A DNA stretch of 64,000 nt from Epiperipatus broadwayi (taxonomy: Eukaryota > Animalia > Onychophora): NCBI GenBank assembly GCA_028023455.1, contig JAQFVV010000007.1, positions 5,146,001 to 5,210,000 on the forward strand, read 5' to 3'. The position numbers and the translations under genes were made by a program. The notes beneath the pieces are model-generated. The model ran no database searches, had not been told where the DNA came from, and saw only the letters and a program-made list of their open reading frames with translations. This document shows positions 38,401 to 51,339 of this stretch, one piece after another (position 1 is the first letter of the stretch; every line of letters begins with the position of its first letter).

Positions 38401-40264
38401 AGTACAAGTGCATCTTGGGGGATCATTTGTCTTTTATTGTATCTTTATTTATATGAATTTAAAAGAATATGTGATAATAGTGAGGTTATTTAATATATTC
38501 ATTTTAATTGCAATTAATTGTTGTACTTTTGTGTAATTTCTTAGATTAAGAAATAAAAGGAAATATTAAATATGAAAGTTTGTTGTCAGCCATATTGTTT
38601 GCAAGATTTATTTGAGGCCCCTGAAAATGGATAATAAAAACTAAAATGTCTGGCAACCTTTTGGCTTATGGATAATACTTAAGTACCAGGAATAGTATTA
38701 ATCTTATTTATCTATCGTGTAAATTTGGATAAGTTATGGCAATTATATTATAGCATCAACAAAATCTCAAAATGATAGTGACTTTTTGAATACATATATC
38801 TAGCAGCTGTTACTCCAGGCTTTTTAATATTATACAATCTAGTGATTTAAAATTCTAATACTCTCATACTTGAATCCACTCCAACTTATTACTATTCATG
38901 TATTGGTCTGATTCTATGTCAGCAACTACATTACAGTGACCTCAATCATATTAACTATATATACTTTTACCTATTTGTTAAAAATTATCTATACTAAACA
39001 AAGATTCATATGATTTTCACTTATACCAAATATCAACATTATAAATAGTAGTAATTCACTCTATTCCAGAGCCATTTATTGTCATTGATTTTAAGTGGAT
39101 AGTGGATAGTTTTGAAGTAGAGTAAATTGAATAAATTATTCCTAATACAGACAGTGAATGAAAAAATGGATAGCCGTATAATGCTTTGATGTATACCACT
39201 ATTACCAAAGGTAAAATGTGTCTATTATTTGCTATATATTGTTTCTATTATAGTGTCAACCCTATATAGCCATAGAAGCAAATTGTCTTGGATTCAAATC
39301 ATTAGGAAATGTAGAAATTCAGTATTTTCATTGATGAAAGCTAATAATTAGAAACTAATTTGATTTTGTTGTCAGTGCCATTTAGTGTACATTAGGAATA
39401 AAATGGATTACTGCTTCTAATGCAGACCTTAAAGCTAAGTTTGAAAAATTTCATGTTTTGGTTAATGTATGATAAATAGAGATTGGAAGTGTTGATTTTT
39501 GTAAGTAATCTAATTATGGCTACATCTATGTACATTGAAACAACATTGTTATATTTTGAAAGTATTTATCTCTTAAATATATATATCAGATTTTAAAAAG
39601 TGATAGATATAAAAAAAACATTTTTTGAAGACAAAATATATTTGTGTTATACTCCTAACTAGTAAACACAGTTTGTTTAATAACTTAAATAAATTTCTGC
39701 TACTGATTGACTTATAATAATAAACTTCCAATGTATCTAATGAATGGTATTTATTATACCAAAAATACTTTATGTAAAAAATCAAGTAATTATGATCAAA
39801 TATGTATATATTTCAATATACATATTTGCTCTTCATGGTTTGGTATACTGATCTGATAGGGTGGCAAACTCTGGATCTCAAGTGCCATGAATTATGGCCC
39901 AATTGTGCCACATTTTGTAAACAAACTTTTTACAAACTCTTGAGCAATAAAGTATTGATTTTTTTAAAGATATCTATTGCAATAAACAATTTATTCCTAT
40001 GAAAAAATTGTACATTGATCATCTTTTTTTCTTTATAAATCCAAAACTCCTATTTTTCAGATATATAAGGTATGATAATTTAATTCCCAGAATGACCATG
40101 TGGTGTCACCCTTTACCTAATTGTATTGAAATCACAGGTGTATTCATGTTGAACATGTTTAAGCTAACATAAATTTTAAGCTGGTAGAACAAATTGTTAG
40201 TTATGGAGAAGATAATAAATATCCATGTGTATGCTTTAGCATCAAAAGGGTTAATCAAAATTTT

Positions 40265-41115
40265 GAGCAATGTATTATTTTGTGTGAAAATCAGCAAATG
40301 TGCTACTGAAACATTATAACTGTTGCAAGTGCCTTATAATGAAGATGCTATGAAAAAATTGAGTGTTTGAATGGTACAAGAGATTCAAAAATGAGTGAGA
40401 TGTGACAAATAATCCCAGATGTGGACAGCTAAAAACAATAATGACACATTAATATTAACAAAATGTGAGATTCAATATGGTCCAATAGATGATTAAGTGT
40501 GAGATTGGTAGCTGAAGAATAGCACATTAATTGAGAAACAAGCTAATTTTAAATAAAGAATTGTATGAGAGAAAGATTTCTATGAAGTTTGTGTCTCATA
40601 CCTTTCCAGATGAACAGAAACAGCATCGGGTTAATGTTACAACTAGTCTTTCTTCAAATATGCATCTACTTTTGAGAATAATTACAGATAATGAAACTTT
40701 GTTGTTACAACTAATATTTCTTTAAATATGCATCTACTTCTTAGAGTAATTACAGATAATAAAACTTGATGCTTTCAGTAGGACTTAGAAACAAAATATC
40801 AGAGCATACAATGGAAATCCCAGAGTCACTGTGCCATATTAAAACAAGCATGTTGCACTCACTGTTTAAGGCCATTCTTGTGTATTTCTTTGATCACAAA
40901 GGAATAGCCTATGAAGAATTTATTGAACAATGACAAACAATCAACCTACAATATTATTTAAAAGTACTTCAGAGATTATGAGATTATGTTTATAGAAAAA
41001 GACCCAAATTGTGACCTAAGAAGTGGATCATTCTTTATAACAATGTCCAAGTCGTAGGATGTTGATTATGAGAACTTGTTTGGCCAACAAATCAATTACA
41101 CAACTAGACCATCCT
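40265..41115 (+). pseudogene. Tc1/mariner transposase remnant
   Basis: VFEWYKRFK at 40363, KFVSH, a duplicated IITDN(E/K)T segment (IITGDETW-like), YFFDHKGI at 40883, RKRP and LDHP; no TIRs identified. Confidence 0.85.
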
Positions 41116-43411
41116 AAATAATAAATAGTAAGCTTTAAACCAAAATAAGGTGATGACCAGTTGTTTGTATGGTGTCTTAATAACATAGAATCCAATTTAT
41201 GTGCTCTGCTATACTTAAAACATGGGGTATTTAATTATAATAGTATAACTATTTCAATTAAATTGACAACATATTTAACACAATTATATAGAAATGAAAA
41301 CAAATATTCTTTTGCTATAAACTTAGCATAAAGACACAGGAAACATTTTCATATTAGAATATTCTTTAATCTGTTGAAAAAATGGTGGCAAGATCAACCC
41401 ATTAATATATATTTTCCAGCGTAATGGATATGATGATGAATTTACAAGAATGTGTTATTGCTGGGGTGGGCATATAAAACAGATTAAACAATCCTAAGTA
41501 GACCACATTTATAAATATTTTAAAAAGATTCTAAAAAGAAACAGTATTGATCACATTCATTCAAATGGTTTGGCTGAGAATAAAATGCAGTGAGAGTTAA
41601 AATTAGGCAATTGCTGAAGTTTTTTAGAAATAAACATTTGCTATGAAAGAAGTTTTTGAAAAGTCATTATAAGATGGTAAATAAAACGCTAAAACATCAG
41701 ATGTGATGTATGTGAAGATATTTTGAGTTTTACAGAATAAATTTATAGGATTGCCACTAAAATTATCTTGCAGAGATTAACTCTGATCAAAGTGGTGGAT
41801 TTTAAAATTAAAAGTTCCTGGGTTGAATTTCAACTGAGTAAAGTACAAAATAAAATGTTGCTCTAAGTAAAGCTACTTATGTATTAGTCCGATGATGACT
41901 ATCACTGGCACAAACAAATGTGTATATAAAGAGAAAATGAGACATGTTTACAATCTTCTAAAATGGAAATGAGTTAATTTTGTAAGTGAATATTAGTTAA
42001 TATTCTGATGAAAAGATAGTTATTAGTCAAAATGTCAGTTTTACTGCTAATTTTACAGCCAAATAATGGTGCTGTTTTATTCACAATTGTCAAAAGGGAG
42101 TAGCCATTTGTAATGGAAAGTGGTTCATGGCAAGAAAGTTCAGTCCACAGAGATACTAAGAAACAACATTTTGTAAATGGACAGAATTGCATAGTTAAAT
42201 CTTTGTATATATATATAAAGGTGGGATTCCATCCTTATTGTTAAAAGGAGATTCCCTTGACAACAGTTTATGATTGTTGATTGTTATCTATATTGAGATT
42301 GTTTAAGTGTTGACTGTTGTCTAATGGTTATACATACATTAATATATAGAGAGAGCTCACAAAATAAGCTCTTAACAAGATTTGAGAATATCCTCAACCC
42401 ATTTGTAAACACAAGCTTATTAAATTATGTCATGTGACATCTGACTTGATTTTTTTTTTGTACATTAATATACATATTGGTTTGGTTACCATGTAATAAA
42501 TTTAGATTATTAAAAGTTTACTTGTTGGAAAATCATTTCTCGCAAAAAATAAATGCATGTTTGTTTCATTTCCACTAAATAAAGTTATATGCAGCTATTT
42601 TCCAAAATAAAAAGTCTTTTATAAGTTTAGACTATGGAAGATAATTTGACATAAAAAATGTAGTAGACATATGAATCATTTTCAATAAATAAAGTTATAG
42701 GTTGTCATTTTTTCCAAGTAAATATTTCCAGACTAATATACATATTGAAACGGTTACATCTGTTTCACCTATTATATTCTATAATAGTATATTTTGTTGC
42801 ACTCAGATTGCATGTCTTCCTTTAATTTAAAACTTCGAGTGTGCTTATAATATTGCCGAAGATGTGCGTGTATAATCACCTATTAATTATAATATTAAAA
42901 TACGGACTTAAATACTTATATACGCGCATATTCATTTACGTTTATTAAAACTGAAGTAAACATAACGGTGTGTAGTTAGAATTTATATATATATAACAGA
43001 ATAATAAGTTTAAATTTATAAAATTACTTATTTAAGTTTCAATATTCATTTTAAATAATTTTCAAGTTAAATAATTTTCAGTTCTATTGTTTGTTTAAAA
43101 TTACACAAGCTGGTAATTTGTTTATGAGTTTTAACACTTCGTCTAAAAATAAATCTTTAGCTAAAACTTGACCCATTTAAAATTATAACTAAGACCAATT
43201 ATAAAATTCAGGCAGGTATAAATTTCATACTAAGTGCTTTGCATATAGCTATGACCCACATTGGGAAGCTCTTGGGAATATATCTTTGTTCCTGGATGTA
43301 GCTATGATGTAAATTGGAATAATAGAGCCTTTAAGTCCAGATTTAATTATACCAAATATTTTACTAAATGGATATTTAGTTAAAGGCAAGTTTGAACCAG
43401 TAATCAGGTGA

Positions 43412-43872
43412 TGTAGCAGGAGTAAAAGGAGGAGGGACCTACTGTCAAAAGTAGAATATAAAAAAGGTCTGTAGTAGCCATCAATACCTCTTCTCTTCTG
43501 ATTATTCCTTTTGTTGCTATTGCTGTCAAAATTATTGTTGTTGATGCTGAAAAATCTTTCTGAAGACCAGTGCTGAAAAATTAAATACGAAAACTGTTTC
43601 TGCTGTACTTTAACAAGCTGAATCCTAGAAAGCCATTATCCAAGCTGTTCAAATGATGACCATTGGCTAGAGACAAGAGACTGCCATCTGCTCTTCCCCC
43701 GACTGCTACAGTGAGAGCTTTCTGAAGACCAGTGCTGAAAAATTAAATACGAAAACTGTTTATGCTGTACTTTAACTAGCTGAATCCTAGAAAGCCATTA
43801 CCCAAGCTGTTCAAATGATGACCATTGGCTAGAGACAAGAGACTGCCATCTGCTCTTCCTGAGACTGCTACA
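43412..43872 (+). mobile_element. Probable LTR with internal 162-bp tandem duplication of its 3' part
   Basis: TGTAGCAG...CTGCTACA 8-bp inverted ends; duplicated block starts at 43556 and 43718; short gag-like frame follows. Confidence 0.55.
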
Positions 43873-44567
43873 ACCTGATGAGAGAAAACCTCAACCGAAC
43901 CAGCCCATGATGGAGAAAGAAGCTACACCTGAAATGCTAGAGAGTTCCTTGAATGAAGTGATGGGAGGAGAGCTGCCACCAAGTAAATTTACAAGGCTGC
44001 ATCCAGAATCAAACCTAGAAAAACCTGGCCTGATTTGATAGAGAGAAGCACATTAAAGAATGCCTAAAAGACTTTACTGGTAAATCATTCTGCAGAATAT
44101 TTAATTTCATAACTAAACTTATTCTAAATGAAAAGCTAGCTAACTAATCAATCTCATAATTCATAATATCATTTAAATGTTACACTAAACTGTTTATATT
44201 AAATTTATTTAAAGCTTGGAGCACTCTCAAAATTCTTGCTTGATCATTAACATTTTAAGTAAGCATAAATATTTAATTTCTATAAAACGATTCAAACCAA
44301 TTTTCATTTCTAAATTATAATTTTATTGATTGTTTTCTGCTATTTATGCTTATGCCATCTATTTTAGTTTTAAGTTCATTTATTAATTTATGCTATGTTC
44401 ATTAGAACAGAGTTTTGTGTGTTTAATAAATTATCAGGGGAGGGGGCGAGTAATCACTTTTCTGTTATGACAGCTTATTGTAATATCAAGAATATAGGCA
44501 AAATTCCCTTCTGAAATAAAACTATTATTTATGCTAGAGTGAATTAGTTATTTATAGTGCCCAAAAT

Positions 44568-44823
44568 AAGTTATTTAAAATGCATCTTTGTGTAAGTTAT
44601 TTAAAATGAAAATATTTGCTCAAGTTATTTAAAATTTATATTTTACGTATGTTATTTAAAACGCATATTTTGCGTATGTTATTTAAAATGCATATTTGTA
44701 TAAGTTATTTGAAATAAATATTTTACGAGTTATTTAGAATTAATATTTGAGTAATTTATTTAAGAATCAATATTTTATGGGAGCTATTTAAGAATATATA
44801 TTTAACGTAGATTATTTAAAAAT
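44568..44823. repeat. Degenerate ~27-bp AT-rich minisatellite (GTTATTTAAAA core)
   Basis: About 10 diverging units read directly. Confidence 0.8.
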
Positions 44824-45682
44824 CAGTTCATTTGATATTAGGTGTAAATTATACGACATATAATTAATGTTCTAAGTTCTGATAAATCTTTAAACTTTTG
44901 CTAAAACTCCATTTAATTAAAGAATCAGAAGCTATGCATAGATCCTTAAATCAGATTCTCATTGTCACCTTTATCATGTGACTTAATAATCTCATTTATG
45001 AACTGACCAGTGGTAGTAGCACTGAAAGAAGCTAAGATTTTGGCGTAATTAATTTATGAAAATATTAATTTAGCGTTGTGAATGTGTTTCTAGTTAGCAT
45101 AAATATGCATATATCCTTGCTATATCTATAATAGCCTACATCAGGATCTTTCCTACGTCAAGTCACACCTTGAAAGTTTAGGCAAACATGACATTTATTT
45201 GTATTAAAGGAACCAAAGCGTTCCAAAGGGCTCGTAACCATTCTTCTGCTCACTTTAATAAAAAGGCCTCTTCAATTATAGCAAGCAGACCGGTTTGGGG
45301 AACCATTTACAAGGTAATAAACCTCAATTAAGAATACATTTGAGGCGGATTTATTCTGATACTATAGTTTATAATGCACTAGAATCTGACGTTCGACTGC
45401 CACACCTCAGTTCAGCTTCCCTAGAAAGTAACTTCAGCTTTGATCCGATTCAGAATCTGAGTTAATGTGTTTATCTGTATAGCAATTATATATCATGCAA
45501 ATATCTTTATAGTTGAGTTTAAACTTAGTAATAATAATATAATCTCTATCAGTTACCAATAAATCGATCACTCTAGCTACTACTGATTTCCACTATATAG
45601 AGCATAGTGTGAATAGGGACATGGGAGATGGTATAAGACTATTAAAAAATCATAGACTAATTAAACATTTGTAAACCAAATA

Positions 45683-45873
45683 AACCACTCACCTGCATGT
45701 GAGCACTATATAAATTGCTTTGTGATATTATTTTATAACCATGAACCACTTACCTGTGTGTGAGTCCTATATAATTAGCTTTGTAACCCTGAGCCACTCA
45801 CCTGCATGTGAACACTATAAATTGCTGTAATATATTCTCCATAACTCTGATATTCACTCACCTGCGTGTGAGC
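45683..45873. repeat. Four 48-61-bp repeats with CACT(C/T)ACCTG..TGTGA core
   Basis: Core starts at 45686, 45747, 45795 and 45855. Confidence 0.8.
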
Positions 45874-45998
45874 AAGCTATACCCAATTTATTTTGCTTTA
45901 TAATTTATTAAGTATTATATTAAATTTATGAAATATAAATTTGTCTCAGTCTCTTTCTTGCTCATTACCTTATGAATCACTAGTTAAGTTATATAATA

Positions 45999-46229
45999 TG
46001 TAATAGGGGGTGTCTCATGTTTAACTGCTTTGCTATTGTTGGAACATGAATAAAGAGATATTGAGTGTAACCTCAGGCAGGTCATTCGCAATGGGTTGAC
46101 TTGGAAGCATGAGTAAGAGAGTTGAGGTATGATCAGACGTAGGATATTACTATCCCGACTTGGTCAGCTTTTGGTTCTCTGGCTCGAACTCTCAGTCTGT
46201 TGAGCAAATATACAAACCTGACCGTTACA
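45999..46229 (+). mobile_element. Possible short LTR
   Basis: TGTAA...TTACA ends and an internal AATAAA; no matching TSD. Confidence 0.3.
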
Positions 46230-46612
46230 ATATGTCAAATCTTACTAGCTGATTAATATGTAAATACCAAAGTAGATTAACACAATTTGCATGAATATAA
46301 GAAAATGCAAAAAAAAAAAATTTGAATAAAGGCCAAGCAGAAATGGCAACAAAATGACATAACTTGTCAGATTTATCAACTATTGAATAATGAAGTGTTT
46401 GTTTAGTGGTAATATTATTGTTTTAGCAATCCCCAAATCATAGACATGATAGGAATGCACTAGTAATTATGAATTAGACCAATGATTTTCAGTCTATGAA
46501 GCAGGCCTATCTGGAGGTGGGTGTAAAATAATAGGGGAGGAATGCAAAGACATAAAAAATAGGTAAAAATTAAAAAACAACAATTAATTATTGAAACCAT
46601 AAAGATACATTC

Positions 46613-46787
46613 TACACAGAGGCTAAACTCTCCATATAATAGTGCTACCTTGCCAGAAGTATACAATGGATACAAGAAAGTTTGTGCCTACTCATCCAAT
46701 TTCCCCAGACTGGTGGCACTATTGTATGGAAAGTTTAGCCTCTGTGTAAACAGCTTGTGTAAGCATAAGAAATGGTGTTCATGGGAT
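46613..46787 (-). mobile_element. Family-2 variant truncated at the hammerhead, with inverted fragment plus tail
   Basis: The body stops at CCCCAGACT (46711). It is followed by inverted GGCACTATTGTATGGAAAGTTTAGCCTCTGTGTA and the tail AACAGCTTGTGTAAGCATAAGAAATGGTG. Confidence 0.75.
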
Positions 46788-48248
46788 GGTTAAAAAAAGA
46801 TACATTCTGTTAATATAAAAATAAAACATCATCCTTACAAACAGGTATATATATATATAAATTTCACTAAAGGTATTTTGATATTAATTATTTAAAATTC
46901 CTGACTTGCAAAAAAAATATTAGAGCTCCAAAAAATCATTGGACTGGGACAAGATTAAACTGATATGGAAAGTTAAGTCCCAATACTAAAAGATAGAGAT
47001 CTGCTAACTTGAGCATTTTAGATAAATAGTTAAACTTAAAATTTAAGTATTATATGTTTTTTTAATAATTATTTTTTTAAAAAAATTTAATTATTTTTAC
47101 TCCATTTTCCAATATCTCACCTCAATTATCTTAAGGTGTCTTTTTATTATCATGATTTGAAATGTTTCGATTTCATCATCTCCTTTAAAAAATAAATCTT
47201 TCTAGAAGAGCACTTGTTATCTTATGTTATCTAGCAAATAAGGAATTGATTTGTGTCTTAAATACTATTTTGTAAACCCAGCTCACTTGAAATTAAAACA
47301 CCACAACTAGAACTGATTTATTACTTTTGTGAAAAGTATCTATTAGCGTTTTTCTTTTGAGGATTTTTGTGTGGTAATTTTGAGATTTCGATCAAGGCAT
47401 AGTATTTTTTTTAAAATGTACTATCGGCTGCATATTATTTGACTTTCTCCTTTAAAAAATTACAATTTTTAGATATATTTATATTTTTAATTTTGCAGAC
47501 TGATATTATTGAAAATATTTAATTAACCTTGATAATGTTTATAGTTAAATAATCTAAAATCGAATTTTGTAAGAAAGACAAATATTTATACTTTTTTACA
47601 TATATTTTATATTATTGATTTTAACTTATTTTGTCCAATAATAAAAAAAAAGTTATATATTAATTCAGCTGTTATTACATTTTATACTAAAGTGAAGTTT
47701 AATATTTTATTTCTGTTGAAATCGGTCATTAATAAAGTTTGGTCAAGGGAACATAATAGGACACATGTATACCTTAATATAAAAAATTTTGACAATTAGA
47801 TATTTAATACATGTTTGAATTCTTACCGTTGCAAATGCAATCTTTATTTTATGAATGGAATTTTTTTAAAAGCAAAATTGTACAAATTTTTAAAACAAGG
47901 CTTTTAAAATGGCAACAATTACTGATTTATAAAAAAGAATAAATTTTTTATTTTACAGGAATTGAATCTTTATATAAGTTTTTTTTCTTCCTGTATTTAG
48001 TATTTCTGCACAAAGAAATGTTATATTTAAAATTACTGTATTTCAAAGGTGATTTTTAAAACCTTTTACAATAAATAATTTAGTTTGCATACTATCAACA
48101 TTAAAAAACAAAAAAAAACTTCTACGTTAATAAAAGACTTTTAAATTAATAAGCCAGTCCACCCCCCACCCTCCATTTTATCAGTTGAGGATTCCAAGGA
48201 AAGGATAAAAAATCTTTGTCTGAAGGTTTGTAATGATGGTATATTATT

Positions 48249-48360
48249 AGATGTGATATGTTGGACTATTTCCATCATCTATGAGTGAATGTTGAATGTA
48301 ATTTTCTATACATTCAATATTCACTCATAGATGATGGAAATAATCCAACGTATTACATCT
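48249..48360. repeat. 112-bp foldback (52-bp arms, 8-nt loop)
   Basis: Arms 48249-48300 and 48309-48360 have 4 differences, 3 of them G.U-compatible; partial copy near 48705. Confidence 0.88.
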
Positions 48361-48959
48361 GATCAAAAATCTATTTTTGAAATCTGAAAATTTCACAAAT
48401 TAAAAAATTTCTAGGATCAGCGATCTCAAATTAATGATATTTGCCTTTATTTGTGAATCATTAATATTTGGATTTTAAATATACAGTAAATGTAAAAATG
48501 TATATACATATGTAAATCTTTGTGTAGAAATAAAATTAACGTTAATAAACATTTGATTTTATTGTTAAAGGATTCTATGTTACTTTATTTATAATGGTAA
48601 GTTTTATAAAATAAAATAAGGCTGAATATTACTATATTATTTCTCTTTTAATTTATTCAGTTTATATTATTTGGAAAAGTAAATTCTTATGTGATAATAC
48701 ATGGGACTATTTCCATCACCTATTTAAACTTTTCAAATAGAAACATAATACCCAAATAGAAAATGACCCAATATTTCAGGTGGTATTATTCTTCACTCTT
48801 ATTCAGCTATTGCTAGCCTGACCAGTGACAGTATTAGCGTAAAAGTTGAACTCACATCTTTAGATTCTTGAATATCGAATTTAAGGAATGCTCTAAGCAA
48901 GTTATTCTGTCAAAGGCTAGAGATAGTAGAGACTTTATATATTGCAGTTGGTTGAAATC

Positions 48960-51006
48960 CTTCTATGTCCTTCAAATTTTTTTTAAATAATTTTTTATAA
49001 GAGCAAGATTATTTAGAGGCTTCCTTATATTATGTATGACCACACTAGATTGGCTTACAAAATTATTTGTCATTGTCATATATGCAGCTTTCTTGAATTT
49101 TCTTCTTTGCCTTTTTCCTCTCCAATATTTTTGTATGGTCATTAATGTATGCATGGTCTCCTACTATAGACACATCAATTTTTTATCTTTTAATAATTAT
49201 TTTGTGTTCTTTTAGTTGAGGTTTGACAGGGTGAATGGTTTCACCAATATACTCCCTCATTCCCTAGGTATTTCATAGATGCATTTTTTGTTTTTCAGCA
49301 GTTCAAGTTTAGGCTTGGTAGAAGTAAGAATTCTTCAAAGTGTAATAAGCTCTGAAAACTTGTTCTAATTTTATATTGACTACAGATTTTTTTAAATTTG
49401 TTCACCATTCCTGATATGAATGGATACATTAAAAGACCAATAATTGTCATTTTTTGTTGTCACATTTTCTTGTTTATTAAAGGTTTTCTTAATGACTGCT
49501 GATGGATAATAATTTTTATGAGAGTTTGTTCTATGAGCATTCTTTTCATTTTCCAAATCACTGGATTCTGAACAAAGTTCCTTTGCTCTGTTCCATAGTG
49601 ATAGTATACTTTCATGTTAAAAACTTCTAATATGATTGGATATATATGTCAAAGCCAGTGTGTTGGTTTCCTATACACTGTTGTTTTTTCTTTGATGTGA
49701 GGAAGTCTTGTCACAAGAACATCTAAGAATGTCAATTTTATTCTTGTTCTGATTCAATTGTGAATTTAATTGAAGATATGTTGTTGATATGCATCCAGAA
49801 TGACTATAATTGTACTTCACCATGCAGCCACACCATAGATATATCAACTTAGTGAAGCAGCACTTTAAGCAGACATGGAGTATTATTTATGACTGTGAAT
49901 TCAAGTTTTTCCATGTAAATGTTGCTCATCATGGGTGGTTGGTGATCACATAATCATCCCTTGATTTTGTTGAAAAAATTCTGAGTTGTATTGAAAGTAT
50001 GTTGCTGTTATGCAGAACATTAATAATTTCATTATACTAGCAATAAGTAGAGTTGTTTTAGATTGTAGACTATTATCATTATATAACATTTATAATAGAC
50101 AATGCCTCATCATATGTTACATTTGTAAATAAACTTTCCACATTGAAGCTTATCAATATGTCAGTTTTTTCCATTTTCATGTCATTGTCTAATTCTACAA
50201 AGTACTTAGAATTGCTGATGTAGGATTATGACAATGGACTAAGAACATTGAGAAAAAATATCAACAAACTTTGTCATGGTGAATTTCTAGAACCAACAAT
50301 AGGCCTTAATGGAACATTGTCTTTATGGATTTTAGATAGTTGATATAGGTAAAAAATCTTCTGAAATATGATTTTAATTTACTTTTTTTCTGAATCACTG
50401 AAATACCTGTGATGCTTCCAGAGTAATGCTTGTAATTTTACCTCTGTAGTCAGAATTGGATTTTTTGCTACCTTTTGTATTGGTCTTCTGTGAGAAGTCT
50501 GTGTATTTTGTTTTCATAATCAGTGTTATCCATAACAACTGTAATGTTACCTTTGCCAGCAGGGAGAAGAATTATAAAAGTATCCTGTTTTAGAGATTTA
50601 ATAGCTTTTCTCTCATGACATGAATGATATGTTTGATTTCTGCTTTCTCAAGTGTTTTTTCAACTCTACAACATAATGCTGCTACTTCTTCCAGATGCAA
50701 TTTTTGGGTAATCTCCTCAGTGGCTGCCATTTTATCCAAAAATGGGACAGTAGATGATGTAATGGCAAATTTCAAACCTTTTATAAGAATGAATAATTCA
50801 GCACCAATAAAATGTTTAGAACTAAGATTTTTCATTGTTGAAGCTGATAGATTACTAGTTGCAGTATGACTTTTGGATTGCCCATGTAGATTTAATAACT
50901 TCTTTTTCCTAAATGCCTGAAGAATGGTGGAGAATACTATGCAAAATGTTGTCATTATTAAGCTGTGTTGTATATTTGTCTGTTGCCAATAACAAGTTGT
51001 TTGCAT
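48960..51006 (-). mobile_element. Decayed Penelope-like element (RT + C-terminal GIY-YIG)
   Basis: N-terminal LSSKHFIGAELFILIKGLKFAIT; RT thumb FLDVLV...VYRKPTH; GIY-YIG CIYEIP (~49262-49285) and YIGET (~49237-49254); C-terminal VGDHA and RRKFKKAAYM. Confidence 0.88.
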
Positions 51007-51216
51007 TTGAAAAGATTAAATAAAGTTTAAAATTTTCTATGCATTCAATATTTACTGATAGATGGTGGAATTAGTTCAACATATTATCACATTTAATATA
51101 TCATTCCAAACTTTCAGCAAATAATAAGTACTCAGTATATACCTGATGCTATGTTAAAGTATTGACATAATGAAAAATTATGTCTAAAACTGTCTAAAGT
51201 AGAAAATCATTTAACT

Positions 51217-51258
51217 TTAAATATGAGGCAAATGGCCTCGAAAGCGCTTAGCATTTAA
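51217..51258 (+). ncRNA. Hammerhead remnant upstream of the plus-strand PLE ORF
   Basis: Stem II GAGGC-AAAUG-GCCUC, then GAAA, palindromic AGCGCU and CUU/AGCAUUUAA pairing with UUAAAU. The CUGANGA core is largely deleted. Confidence 0.5.
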
Positions 51259-51339
51259 TAATTTTTGAATCTTTATAGATTCTCTTTCAAGTGCTTCACA
51301 TGCTTTTAATTTTGTATATTAACTTTCTTATGTAAGTCA

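Noticed and set aside
41380-41800. KWW and RCDVC motifs as a piggyBac C-terminus
   Set aside because: Too degenerate; no TTAA-flanked ends identified.
43875-43900. CUGAUGA-GAG-AAAAC-CUC as a hammerhead
   Set aside because: No GAAA after the stem and no stem I/III; more likely a decayed PBS after the LTR.
45215-45465. Stop-free plus-strand frames as host exons or an integrase GPY/F remnant
   Set aside because: Several incompatible readings, none with recognisable homology.
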